A stretch of 62,955 nt of DNA, counting the filler, from Hausera hauseri (lineage: Eukaryota): NCBI GenBank assembly GCA_046269625.1. It is 9 parts of 9 records of this genome, joined end to end, with 100 filler letters (N's around TTAATTAATTAA, not from the genome) between each part and the next. Parts side by side here need not be neighbours in the genome. Positions count along the whole stretch, not along the records: positions 49,112 to 53,053 come from JBJURY010869849.1; positions 53,154 to 62,955 come from JBJURY010287724.1; 7 more parts are not named here. One strand, given 5' to 3'. Made by a program: the position numbers and the translations under genes. The notes below the pieces were generated by a model, which saw only the letters and a list, made by a program, of their open reading frames with translations, made no database searches and had not been told where the DNA came from. Position 1 is the first letter of the stretch. Each line of letters starts with the position of its first letter. Below are positions 49,865 to 62,386 of the stretch, piece by piece.

Positions 49865-51029
49865 TTTTTTGAAATATTGATGACTGTAATAATTACTATA
49901 TGGATCCGTAATTTGTTTCGTTTTAACAACTTTATTGGTTGATTATATTAACCTTTTATTTAACCTCATTTTATGCTTTACGTCAATATCCGTGCTGAGT
50001 AATGGAAGAACATATACTAAAATATAACTATATGTACTTTTCAAGATATCCATAAACCCATTACTCTACATTTACCTTTTTTTTCTAAAGCCGCATAAAC
50101 GGTAATGTTTTTTTGCGTCTTATAAATGTTGTGTGTGTGACGATGTTGATATAATATTGCTTACACTTACCTTTTTCTTGCATCTAATATATTTCTTTAC
50201 GTGTGTTTTTGTGTGAAAAATCGATTTCTATCTCATATTTTTCTAAAACCGCATAAAAGTTCATTTGTTCAAAGTTCACATGTACGTAGAAAATTTGTTT
50301 TTCTCTTCTGTACGCTGACGGAGATGCGTAGAAACTTTGCGACACGCAACCATAATCAGTAACCTATGGCCGATCGATTGAACCCCATTATGTTTAATTT
50401 GGACATATTTTCCGTTTCCAAAGGGTATATACTCTGCCGATTTTCGACGTTTCGCATCGCACTTCCGTTCCGGATCGGGGGATTTCCATTCGGACACTGT
50501 TACCGCATAGCCCGCGTCTTGGGCTTTCGTTCCATATGCTACTCGACGCCGGCCGCTTTCATCAGTGTACACACACGGACGCCTGTGACGTCATCGGTGC
50601 ATCGTGCACCTTTCGCGTTCCGTTCGTCTACCCACCGCCCAATTGCTGCGGGACCGCTGCCGAGTTACCCATCACGTTTCCCCGTTCCCCAGAAACCATA
50701 TGCCGGTCCTGGCTCACTGTCCCTCGCACCTTGCTTCTGCGTTCCGTCCCATCGACTTCGGTCCTTCGGCTTTCGATGCGCCTTCCGTGTCCCTTTATTT
50801 CCACGTGCCACACAATTCTGTGCACCACTTCCTTCTTAAATCCGCTTTTTCGTGCACGTCCCCTGCTTCCGGGATGCATCGTGCACTTTCGTCGGTGGTT
50901 TTTGGAATCTACGTCGCCGATTCTATCCGGCCAGTGCATGTATGCACATCAAGCACGCTTCGGATTGGCTGCAGGGGGCGGAGTGAGCCAGGATTAGCAT
51001 TTTTCTACTACTTTATGTTAATCTTTGTT

Positions 51030-51900
51030 GCGCCCGACCAACTGATTTCTACACTTCTCGATTTTCATTCTGTAAGGTTCAGTATGGTCTTGAAATTCTG
51101 TTTGAGAATGCTGAGGGTGACACTAAACAGACATTTCTCATCGGGCTATCCTGTCTTATTCCCAATCTGTTGATGATAAGTTGCAAGAGCTGAAATGGGT
51201 AATGGGGAAAGTAGTTAAGATTTTGAAATACTGTTTCCACATAGTCAAAACAAGCCCATTACCTTATATGGCTAGGTCGTATCTACAAGCACGTCATGCT
51301 TTAAAAAATGCAATGTCCGTTACTACCGTACAGAATGATGATAGTTCTTGTATTCAATTCTTGCAGTTACTAAGTGTTCTTCTATTGACAGCAATAGTCA
51401 TAGTTAGCAATTACACTCCTTACTTAATGAAAATGAAATATTCTTTGAATGACAGCTTTTTTTCTCAAGTGCCGTGGTTGACTTGCGATCACAACTTTTA
51501 CCGGCAATGATTGCAAATGAGCAAGTAGACACTTCCAACTGTGTGATCCACTGTACTCATCTCGATTCTTGGCTGTAATAAGGAAATTTAAAGACGAAAG
51601 TAAGGGTTGTGTTCAGTATGAAGAGATTTTCTTATGGCCCAAATCGTACTCGCTGAAAACTCAATGTAAATCAGTCCTGAAATGTAAGGGCATCAATCTC
51701 AAGCAGGCAAATTTGCAACATGAGAGCTATATACAGGCATATGAAAATGGTTGTGGTACAATGGTTTAACAGGAAAGAATTAGGATCAAAAATCATCAGT
51801 TGATGACCATCAGTTCAAAAGAGAAGGCATTGGATCCGTTTGATAATAAACGTCAATGGATAGAAAAGAATAAGTGTGGCCTATGGACATTTCAATGTAA
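51030..51900 (+). pseudogene. Internally deleted PolB relic (copy 5, same subfamily as copy 1)
   Basis: N-terminal part (PDQLI..VQNDD) fused directly to the C-terminus (KFKDESKG..PKSYSLK..KCKGI..FDNKR); exonuclease and palm are missing. Confidence 0.8.
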
Positions 51901-51982
51901 ATATGTAAACTTAACTTTCCTACTGCTACTGCTCTCTAATTGAATTCTTGTATACATCACTGCACATTTACATACATTTATT

Positions 51983-52348
51983 ATGAATACCTACACTTGG
52001 AGATTAAAAAACTTTAGGGACCACAAGAACAGTGTTACAATAGCCAGTGATTCCATCAATCTTCAACAATATCATTTCTGTATTCGAGTTTATCCGAATA
52101 TTGATGGCATAGGAAGAAATACCCATTTATCAGTATTCTTCGCAGTTGCCAAAGGTGAACATGACGATACATTGCAATGGCCTTTCCGTGCAGCAATTCA
52201 AATGTACTTACTGAATGGACAAGGTGAAGTTATCCGCTGTAACCAAAAAAACGGATGCAACATAGCAAGTGGATTTCCAAACTTTATTCCATTAACAAGA
52301 TTGGATTCGCTTCTTTTGATTTATTGGAGATTCTACCACCACCAATAA
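51983..52348 (+). CDS. Stand-alone TRAF-type MATH domain protein
   Basis: YTWRLKNF..FCIRVYPNIDGIGRNTHLSVFF..GEHDDTLQWPF..NIASGFPNFI. Confidence 0.85.
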   Translation: MNTYTWRLKNFRDHKNSVTIASDSINLQQYHFCIRVYPNIDGIGRNTHLSVFFAVAKGEHDDTLQWPFRAAIQMYLLNGQGEVIRCNQKNGCNIASGFPNFIPLTRLDSLLLIYWRFYHHQ

Positions 52349-52534
52349 AACATCCAGAAACAGCAAGTAAAAGAAAACAACAACTTCTGAATCCGATACA
52401 GGAATTTACCCATTTAAACAACCGACAAATGCATGTTATTGCTGCGATGCGCGCTATTGTATATGAATGAATTATTTGTAAATGTTGTACATTAATATTT
52501 TTTATTCTTTGGTCTTATTTATTTTATATAGTTA

Positions 52535-53002
52535 ATCATAATAAATATGTACATTTTCCGTTATAGTTAATTTACATTCCGGACATTGTTACTTTGCAAA
52601 ATTTACGACATACAACCAGGTGACCGCACATTAAGAATACCCTATCCACTATTTTCTTTACATAGTCCACACAAACTGATACTTCATTACTTCGTTCAAT
52701 ATTTTTTGTCTTAGATTATTGAATTCAACGCGTAACTTTTCAACAGTATTAAAATAATCTGTATCATACAATCGATGAATATACATTTGATTAAACACAT
52801 TCACTAGATTCTCTAATAACGTACAATCTGTTGTGGTCATCAATGCTATTGATGCTAAATCTTCTTTGAATCCAATATCTCCTACTGCTCTTACAATTAA
52901 ATTACTATCAACTAATTTCCACCATATTGAAAACTCTGAAATTGATAATCCATCGGAATTTTGCAATCGACTAACCCAGTGATTCCCAAACTTTTCGGTC
53001 AT
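52535..53002 (-). pseudogene. RING-finger protein (copy 3, diverged)
   Basis: LQNSDGLSISE..MYIHRLYDT..VFLMCGHLVVCRKFC..QCPECK, homologous to copies 1 and 2. Confidence 0.75.
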
Positions 53003-53153
53003 ACCGCCCCCTTTTCAGAATAAATATTACTTAGCGCCCCCAAACAAACCCACNNNNNNNNNNNNNNNNNNNNNNNNNNNNNNNNNNNNNNNNNNNNTTA
53101 ATTAATTAANNNNNNNNNNNNNNNNNNNNNNNNNNNNNNNNNNNNNNNNNNNN

Positions 53154-55815
53154 GACATACCGAAAACGGCTGTAACAACACCTTTCGGCCTTTTCGAGTA
53201 TGTTTTCATGCCATTCGGACTTCGTAGTGCCTCACAAACATTTCAAAGGCACATAGATGCGGTGCTCGCCGGTCTAAGCTTTGCGTTACCATATATAGAT
53301 GACATCCTCATCGCTTCGTCATATCCCAAGCAGCATTCTGAGAATTTATGCATAGTTTTTCAACGCCTTAACCAAAATAATCTAGAAGTAAATTTCGCCA
53401 AATGTTCTTTTTTCTAACACAAGATCCATTTCCTTGGTCATGTCATCACCAAATTTGGCCACTCTCTTCAGCAAGACCGCATAACGCAGCTTAAGAACAT
53501 CCAATTGCCACGAACAACAACTGAAATGCGCTCTTTTCTTGGCACACTCCACTTTGTTTACATATATGTGTCACATTGCTCTGAATTAACCGCACCGTTT
53601 GCATATTTTATCGTCTGGAAAGAAGAAACAATTAATTCATTGGACTCCCGAACTTGTCAACCAGTTTGACCTTTTACGTGAAAGTTTAAAAGCTGTCGGA
53701 ATTCTAGCATACCCAAGCCTGATGCAGAGCTGATATTAACAACGGATGCCTCTACCAAGGAAGTCGGCGCAATACTGCATTAAATTTCTAATGGCATCAA
53801 CGAGCCTCTGGAATTTTATACTCGGAAACTTACACCACCAGAAAATCGTTATTCAACTTTAGACAGAGAGCTCTTAGCTATAGTATTATCTCTAAAACAC
53901 TTTTTGCATTTGTTAATTGCCAGATCTTTTACAATCCAAACAGACCACAAACCACTGCTTAGTATTATGAACATGAAAGCCCCTTCACCCCGACAGGAAC
54001 GCCACATATCGTACTTGTCGACATTCAGTTTCAAAATGGTACATATTTCAGGTACTAACAATCTAGTTGCTGATTTTTTAAAAAGATCGTTAACATCATG
54101 GGAGTCACGCCGATTTTTTCACAAGCTGTACTTCAGCAGAACGTACCAACGCAGGATATTCTTAAATCCTTTAAATCACACCAAATCATTGACGGCGATG
54201 CCCATGACACTTCTAAACCCGGCAATCACAAACCTATACTATCCTAATCTTTGCAAAGAACTGCATTTCATATCGTGCATTCTCTTCATCATCCGGGAGC
54301 TAAAACAACTTTTCAGCTCTTACAACGTAACGTTAAATGGCCGTCAATGAGATCATAGGTACAGGCGTGGATTAAGGAGTGTGTGGCATGCCAGAAGTTT
54401 AAAACTAACAGACATCTGAAGCCACCCCTTTATCATTTCCCCTGTACATCGCGTTTCGAATCCGTGCATATTGACCTAGTCGGCCCTCTTCGACCAGATA
54501 ACGGTCATCAATTCATATTGACCACGATGGACCGTGCTTCTCGATGGCTAGAGGCCATTTCATTATGCTTCACCAACATGGACGCAATCGCTGATGTTTT
54601 CATCAAAACTTGGATCAGCAGATTTGGCTCATCTCGTTTCATTATCACGGACCAAGGTCCGCAATTTGAGTCAAATCTCTTTGAAGCCTTAGTCAATCGC
54701 TTAGGGATCAAACACATATACACTTCTCCATATAATTCTCAAGCGAACGATTTACTTGAACGATTTCACCGCACAATGAAAACCTCGCTCAAAATCCTTG
54801 CTGAATCACACAGAACGGGACATTACTTCTTCCACTTATCCTGATCAGTTGGCGTAACACACCTTCTACAACTACGGGTTGTGCACCAGATGAGGCATTG
54901 TTTGGGACACCTATTCGGGCACTTTATAAGTTAATTGATTTAGAGGACACACCAACATATGAGCTAATTCGAGATGCGCAAAATCACTTTGTTGCATTAA
55001 ACAGGGACTTATTTTACAAAATTGTAAATAACACCAAATCAAATATACCAGATTATTTATATGCCTCCAAATTTGTCTGGCTTCGTAATCCTTCACCCAG
55101 TGGTTTTCAACCGCAATACATTGGTCCGTTTAAACTACTGTCTTTATCCTCTCATACGGCAACGATTCTTAAAAATGGCAAAGAACAGACTGTGCACCTA
55201 ACAAAATCTGCTTTCTTTGCTGATGATTCTCCCGAGGATACACAAACCAACACCAACTCTACTGGTACTTTTCTTGATTCTTTTGCCACCATTTCACCCC
55301 CATCCAATTTAACTAACCACACACGACATTCACGTAAAGGCAAATCTCATTCAGATTTTTCTCCTCAACCTTTTCCAAATTCTCAGTCTCCTTCACATAT
55401 TCAACCTTCCTCAAGCACGCCTTTTCTGACTCTACTCTACTGAATATCTCTCCTCATTTCTCTTCAAATGCCCAATCTCCCTCCAATCCTAAGGTCTTCA
55501 CACCTGCTCCACCTCTTATATCTTCCTCACCCTCGGCTGACTTTCCTTTGCAACCATCATTTTCCACAACTAAAACACCTTAAACGGTAAATTCAGATAT
55601 TTTTCCACAACTTACACCTCTGCAAGCAAACTCAAAATACGCAAGCAAAATACGCAGAGTTACCTTCAATAAGTACAGTGGAGAACAAAATTTCGACAAA
55701 GTACAACGTCTGGCTCACACAAAAACCGAGTAAGACAGAAACACTTTTCTCTTTTGCAGATTTTGCCTTTCATGGTTTTTCCCTGTATAGTCTTCACTTT
55801 GTTACGGGAGGATGA
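53154..55815 (+). mobile_element. Gypsy element A: decayed RT, RNase H, integrase and 3' UTR, ending in PPT GGGAGGATGA
   Basis: MPFGL..YIDDILIAS, TDAS, DRELLAI, TDHKPL, HIDLVGPL, ITDQGPQFES, ERFHRT. Confidence 0.93.
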
Positions 55816-57563
55816 TGTGGTGCCCACATTGGCCAATTTAAGAAAAAAACTATGGAATTAGCAAATAAAATCATTTGTAAAGTTATCATAAATCTATATA
55901 AGTTAAAAATGAATGTGCCGTAATTTCAGATTTCACGATACCCGCCAATCTGGTGTTGTTTAAATAAAAAGAAAATTTTTGAGATTAAAAATTTAAAAAA
56001 ATAGATTTTCAGTTTTTTTCTTCATTCTGCCATTTTTATTTTTCAAAGTAATCAAATCACATTTTTATTCAATGGCTGTACAGACTCATGTTTTGTTGGG
56101 AGGAAGGTTCTGTTTAAAACAAACTGTCGATGCTGATTATTTTTGCAAATCTTTAAAATCCCTATTGGCCATTTTTTGCAGAAACTGCGAAACTCATAAC
56201 CTTTCTCGGGAATAGGTTAGAACTCGCTACAAATGCGGGTAATTTCTTGATGCTATTCAACTCTGATTTGAATCAGAACGAATTGGAGATTAAGATGAAA
56301 CTCAACAATGGGGATTCACGTGACATTAACGATGACACGGCATTTGAGACCGTTGTTAAAAGCCCTTCTGATGGTGAAAATTATACTTTGGACTTTACGA
56401 ATGATGAATCGATTGAAAACGAATATAAACCGGAAATACAAAAGATCAATGGTAATCCTAGTAATTTGAATTTGTTCCCCGATGATTACGAGGAATTCCC
56501 CGAAGGCCACTATTTCGTCAAAAAGACCGTAAAAAGAGGTTTACTTCCTGCAGATTTTACGTCGGTTGAAAATCCAGTTAATACATTTGAACATGATCCA
56601 GCAGCAATATTTATGTCAAGCACGTATATTTGGAAAACTAAAGCGATTGCTCTGTATTTAACACCTTTTCCTCTCTGTGTAACCGTTATAGATTCATCAG
56701 TACAATCATTTGGCATATTATTTCCAAAAATTTAATCAAAACACGGATTGCAAATTCCTGGACATTTTTCAGATTACATTCGTCAAGCTAAACCCATGCG
56801 ACAGCAAGTTACCCAAATTAATTATCGACTAAAGACGGATAGCCATGTAATTAGTCGAACTGCTCAGGAAATTAGCTCTCCGGGTGTGCAAGTCTGGTCG
56901 TTGCATGCTTTAGCTTTAATTGCAGATTCTGGAGTTTTGTCTCTTTTTTTACAATCTCCCCATCACTAACTGATGTTCATCAATATCTTGGTAAAGTTCT
57001 GAGTGCATTAATAACAACTTTGGGGTTTGAACTTCAAAGCCATTCTCCCACAATTATCAGTCTCAGAACGTCTTGTACGTCAGTTGTTCGATTTTGCAAA
57101 GTACGTCCTGATTCTTTAGTTCAAGCTGAATCAGTTTGTTGCGTTAGGCAACTTCATACGTTTGCTATATGTAATAGAAATCTTTCATCCTTTGTTCATC
57201 ATTTGCATGATGGCTTATCCAGTCACCATTTGTTGCTATGGCGAGCTGTGATTGCGTGTTTACGACAATTGTCCCAAAAAGAAAGTCCAAAAGAAATTTC
57301 CGAAACCGTTTCCCTAATTCTCAAGGAAAAGAAAAATACAAATAGCAAAAATTCTAATATAATTCCCGTGAAATTTGCTAGAGGTGTTTCTTCAGATTCG
57401 ACAATTGCAGCTTTTCTGAACCCAGGTTTACAAAAAAGATCGGTGATTTTACTAAATACCTATTCCGTAACAATTTTTAAAATAATTACAACTAAAGCAG
57501 TTCAATCACTGTATTCTGTATTTTTCAGCATAGTTAATTCAGTTAGAATGATCAGTTATCACA
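55816..57563 (+). mobile_element. ~1.75-kb LTR-like unit (TGTGG...TCACA) between Gypsy A and B, carrying host-gene cargo
   Basis: Starts right after the PPT; ends ..TCAGTTATCACA shortly before a PBS-like TGGCGCGCCCG (57577). Confidence 0.6.
56570..57340 (+). pseudogene. HEATR5: Intronless, internally deleted HEAT repeat-containing protein 5 (HEATR5/Laa1) fragments
   Basis: EHDP, PLCVTVIDSSVQSFGILFP, HFSDYIRQAK.MRQQ, SPGVQVWSLHALALIADS, GFELQ, DSLVQA..QLH.FA..NLSS..SSHHLLLWRAVIACLRQLSQKE. Confidence 0.85.
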
Positions 57564-57576
57564 ACGCAGGAATTTT

Positions 57577-60500
57577 TGGCGCGCCCGTGTTTTGCGCACC
57601 ATGCCACACCAGACATCTAAAAACCTCATTTTTTAACTCTCGTTTGAAAATAAACGCACGTACACATACTACAAACATCAAACAGAAACTATTACATATT
57701 TGTTATGGGCTGTACAACGAGAAGCATTACCGACTAATTGTCATCTCAGTTTTAATGGATTCTTTTTGCAGCAATCCGATATTGTCACTAGCTATACCCG
57801 CTCATCTTTGACACCTATACTAACTGCACATTACTGTTTGTTAGGCGGATCTGACCCAAACTCCACCGTCTACTGTAAACCTACGTTGCGTAGAATATTT
57901 CGTCGACAAGCAACACTCTAGCCGGACATGGTTGTACTTTCATGCAGCTTGCTTGAAATCAAATAATATAGTCGATTCGTTTCTTAAAGCAAACAGTTTG
58001 CTCATGCTCTTGCCTTCTAACATTAAGTCGCAGCTTCCCAATTTATCGGAAATCTTCCTAAGTGGCGACCCATATAAAATACTTTTTAACTCTATCTTAA
58101 AAATTACCAAACCATCTCTCGATAACATCATCCATAAACATTTTAGTGATACCACCATAGGAACATTAAAACCCTCAGAATTTCTACAAACGTCACTAAT
58201 TCAACTGAGTACTGTTGGTGTTAATCAAGCGAACAACGCCGATTTATTACGCAGGTATTTTCTGCAATCTTTACCCAGAGATATACGTGAGCTGCTGACC
58301 ATAGTACAGGATACATCATCATTATAAAAACTAGCACAACTGGCTGACAAAAACAACGAGATTTTGCATGCACATGCAGCACCATTAGTAGCCGCTACGT
58401 TACAAGCACCAACAACACAACAAGCTAGTGACATAGCTAATTTAAACTCACAGATAAATTCCTTACGGGCTGAAAACACGGCAATACACCAAGCCATTTC
58501 TTCTCTTACGTCTAAACTGGACAAATTATCCATGCCGAGACGAGAACGATTTACGCCTAATCACAGTCGCGCTTCATCGAACAATTCGAAATCCTCTAGA
58601 TCACCTACACGATCAATAGTGTGCTATTACCACACCAAATTTAAAGTCAACTCCACTAAATGCTGTTTAGGTTGCAAATTTTATGTTCCCATTTCAAACG
58701 ACCCGACAATATCTGTATCTATCATAACAAATTCAATACTAAAGCACATAATTGCGCTACTGGATGCACTTTCGTTAAGCGAGCTACTTCATCACGATTT
58801 ACTCTTTCCAACAACATAAGTCCTGTGCCTCCAAAAAACTTATAAAGCCGCCAGATGTTTCGGAACATACTGGCACTGGCAAACATCGTCAATCTAATAG
58901 CCGTACTTATGCCGTTTTTACACTAAAAGTTTCTCTAACTTCCGAATCCAATCAACCCATCAACTTCCTAATTGACTCAGGCGCTGCCGTTTCTTTGTTA
59001 CCACCATTGATCAAAACACCATTCATTTCACCATCCAAAACTAAATTATACACAGTTAACGGCCAAGCTTTACGCATTTTCGGCACGTCCAAAGTTTTAT
59101 TCACTTTGCCACCATTCCCCAACATTTTCAATTGGACATTCATCGTTGCCGACATACAATCTCCAATACTCGGATCTGATTTCTTACCTTAATACAACAT
59201 TCTTGTAGATTGTAGACAACGTCGGATCAACAAAAGCAGTTCAACAAAACCTACCTCTACAAATAACCAACAAATAACGCAACCTATCTCGCCTATAAAA
59301 TCCATATTAAAAGAACCATCAGTTAACGCAAATAAGAACGTCATTAATACCAATATAAATAATCCAATGTTTTTGTTGCAGTTCGGTAATAGAGGAACAA
59401 AAAGAGTTGACAAGGCCGATTTAGGCGACTCGATTTCTTGCGTTTTTAATCAAACCACTAATTCCAATTAAACCACTGTCGTGACAGCAACAGCCTTTAC
59501 TATGCTTATCCAAGAAATGCAACGATATCTTACCAAATTTTGTTTCCATACAATTAAAAAAGACCTAGTATTTCGACAGGCTAACACGACTCTTCATCAT
59601 ATCATCACAGAAAACCTTAGGCCCGTTAGGCGAAAACTCCGCCCACTTTCACAACGGCGTCGACAGGCAGTACAAGCGGAATTCTGTGCACTCGAGCAAA
59701 CTAGCATCATAAAACGCTCTAAATTACCATGGGAATTACCACTCCACGTCGTCCCAAAGAAAGATAGCACATTCCGTCCATGTGGTGATTATCGACAACT
59801 TAATAATGTCACAACCATTGATGCTTATCCTCTACCGTTGATTAAGGATATATTGCATTCTTTACACAAGACTACGATTTATTCAACCATAGATCTCGGA
59901 AAAGCCTACCACCAAATACCGGTATCACCAGAAGACATCCCAAAAACGGCCATTATAACACCTTTTGGTCTTTTCGAATACGCATTCATGCCGTTCGGTT
60001 TAATGAACGCAGCACAAATTTTCCAACGGCACATCGATTCAGTTCTTTCAGGCTTGCCATTTGCATATCCATACATTGTTGGCATACTGGTCGCATCGGC
60101 ATCGCCCAAACAACATGAAGAACATCTCAGACTAGTTTTCCAACGTTTGCACAACTACAATTTGCAAGTGAACTTTTCTAAATGTTCCTTCTTTCAGAAA
60201 AGGTAAATTTCCTTGGCCACGTCATCACACCTGACGGGCACAGTCCAGAGCCTGATAGAATCCATCAGCTACGAAACATCGAGGTACCAAAAACGACTAC
60301 TGATATGCGTAGTTTCCTTGGGACTTTACATTTTGTACATAAATACGTCCCACACTGTAGCCAGTTAACTGCTCCTTTCGCTCAACTAGGAGCAGGGCCA
60401 AAGAAAAGGCTCGTATATTGGACACCAGAACTTATTAACCAGTTCGATGAACTTCGCAACAAGCTCAAAACAGGCGAAATTTTATCCTACCCAAAACCTG

Positions 60501-62386
60501 ACGCTGACCTCATTTTAATAACCGATGCATCAACTACAGCAGTAGGAGCAGTTCTTCATCAAATATCTCAAGGTACAAATGAACCGTTAGAATTCTTTTC
60601 GCGCGAACTGTAGCCACGATAACGCCGCTATTCTACCTTCGATAGAGGAATCTTGGCTATTGTTTTAGCTCTGAAACATTTTTCACACTTACTTATCGGT
60701 CGTTCCTTCACCATTCAAACTGACCACAAGCCTCTCGTTCACGTAATGAACATGAAACAACCATCACTGCGACAAGAACGTCACATATCATATCTGTCAA
60801 CATTCAACTTTAAAATATGCCATATTTCGGGCACAGACAATTTAGTAGCTGATTTTTTATCACGGTCAGTCGGTGCAATCAGTGTGACGCCTATATTCTA
60901 CAAGGATCAATTGATCCAGAATTCCCCTTCTAATGAAATTCTGAAACAATACAAATCCGTGCAAACTATCAATGGAATAGCCAAGGATACTTCGACACCT
61001 GGACAACATTTACCAATTTTGGCACCTCCTCTCCAACAAACTGCATTTCAACATGTTCATTCTTTGCATCACCCAATTTCCAAGGCTACATTCCGCCTTC
61101 TCAAACGCCACGTAACATGGCCATCGATAAGGTCTGATGTACAGAGCTGGGTTAGGCAATGCGTAGCTTGCCAAAAGTTCAAAGTACCTAAATATCTTAA
61201 ACCACCATTATTCCATTTCCCATGTACATCCCGCTTTGAGTCAGTTCACATAGACATCGTTGGCCCATTACTTCCGATAACAGCCACCAATTCATCTTAA
61301 CAATGATGGACCGCGCGTCTCGTTGGCCGGAAGCCATCCTCATGCGCTTAATCAATATAGACTCCATTGTCGAAGCATTCATAAAGATTTGGATTAACCG
61401 GTTCGGTTCACCTCGCTATATAATTACAGACCAAGGTCCCAATTTGGATCGAACCTATTCAAATCTCTAGTTAATCGACTGGGCATAAATCATATACACA
61501 TAACTCCATACCATCCCCAGTCGAACGGCTTACTAAAACGTTTTCATCTCACTCAAAATCTCATTAAAAATCCTGGCCGAAACTCATAAGAATTGGACAA
61601 ACATCCTTCCTTTTGTTCTACTCGGATGGCGCAATACGCCATCTACTACCACCAGTTGTGCACCCGCTGAAGCACTTTTTGGTACCAAAATTCGTGCACT
61701 TTTTGAACTCACCGATTTGGACAACACACCAACTGACGAAACAATTAGGTCTGCACAAAATCATTTTGTTCATTTAAACCAGGATTCTTTCTGCAAAATA
61801 GTACAATGTGACAAAACATACTTACCTGACTCTCTATTTAATGCAATGGTCGTGTGGATAAAAAATCCTTCACCTTCCGGATTCCAACCAAACTACTTAG
61901 GTCCATATAGAGTTCTCAATCTAACTTCTCACACGGTTACAATACTAAAAAACGACAAAGAACAAAATGTGCACATATCTAACGTAAAACCTGCATTTTC
62001 GTTAATGACACACCGGATTCAACAACTAACTCTGCACATACCTTCCTTGACTCCTTCAACCCTTCATCTGTTTTACCACAGAGACAACCTGCTATTCCAA
62101 AACCCGAATCAGTACAAAAAACTATGTTAAAAGAAATACCGAATAGTTCTCAAGCTGCTGACACGTGAAATCAAAATTTAACTTCCTACCAACCAACTCA
62201 GCAAACAGTCAAACAGCAGGGTAAAAAACACAAGACAGTCACCTTCAGAAAATACAGCAGGGAACAAAATATCGACAAAATTCAACGTCTTGTCCATACA
62301 AAGACTCATTAGTTCGCTTACACATGTCTGTCTTGTTTTCTTACTCCCGTTACATTAACACAGTGCCATCTTCGTAACAGGAGTAG
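57577..62386 (+). mobile_element. Gypsy element B internal region: gag (~57870-58850), protease (~58960), RT, RNase H, integrase; PPT ~62378-62386; decayed
   Basis: FLIDSGAAVSLLP, RPCGDYRQLN, MPFGL, YIVG (mutated YIDD), TDAS, TDHKPL, HIDIVGPL, ITDQG, GPY. Confidence 0.93.

Noticed and set aside
50366-51173. Overlapping 150-190 aa ORFs in the GC-rich island
   Set aside because: Open in several frames because of composition; no recognisable motifs
2411-52348. TRAF zinc-finger gene, TLR and MATH gene as one linked immune cluster
   Set aside because: They lie on different contigs joined by artificial spacers; linkage is unsupported
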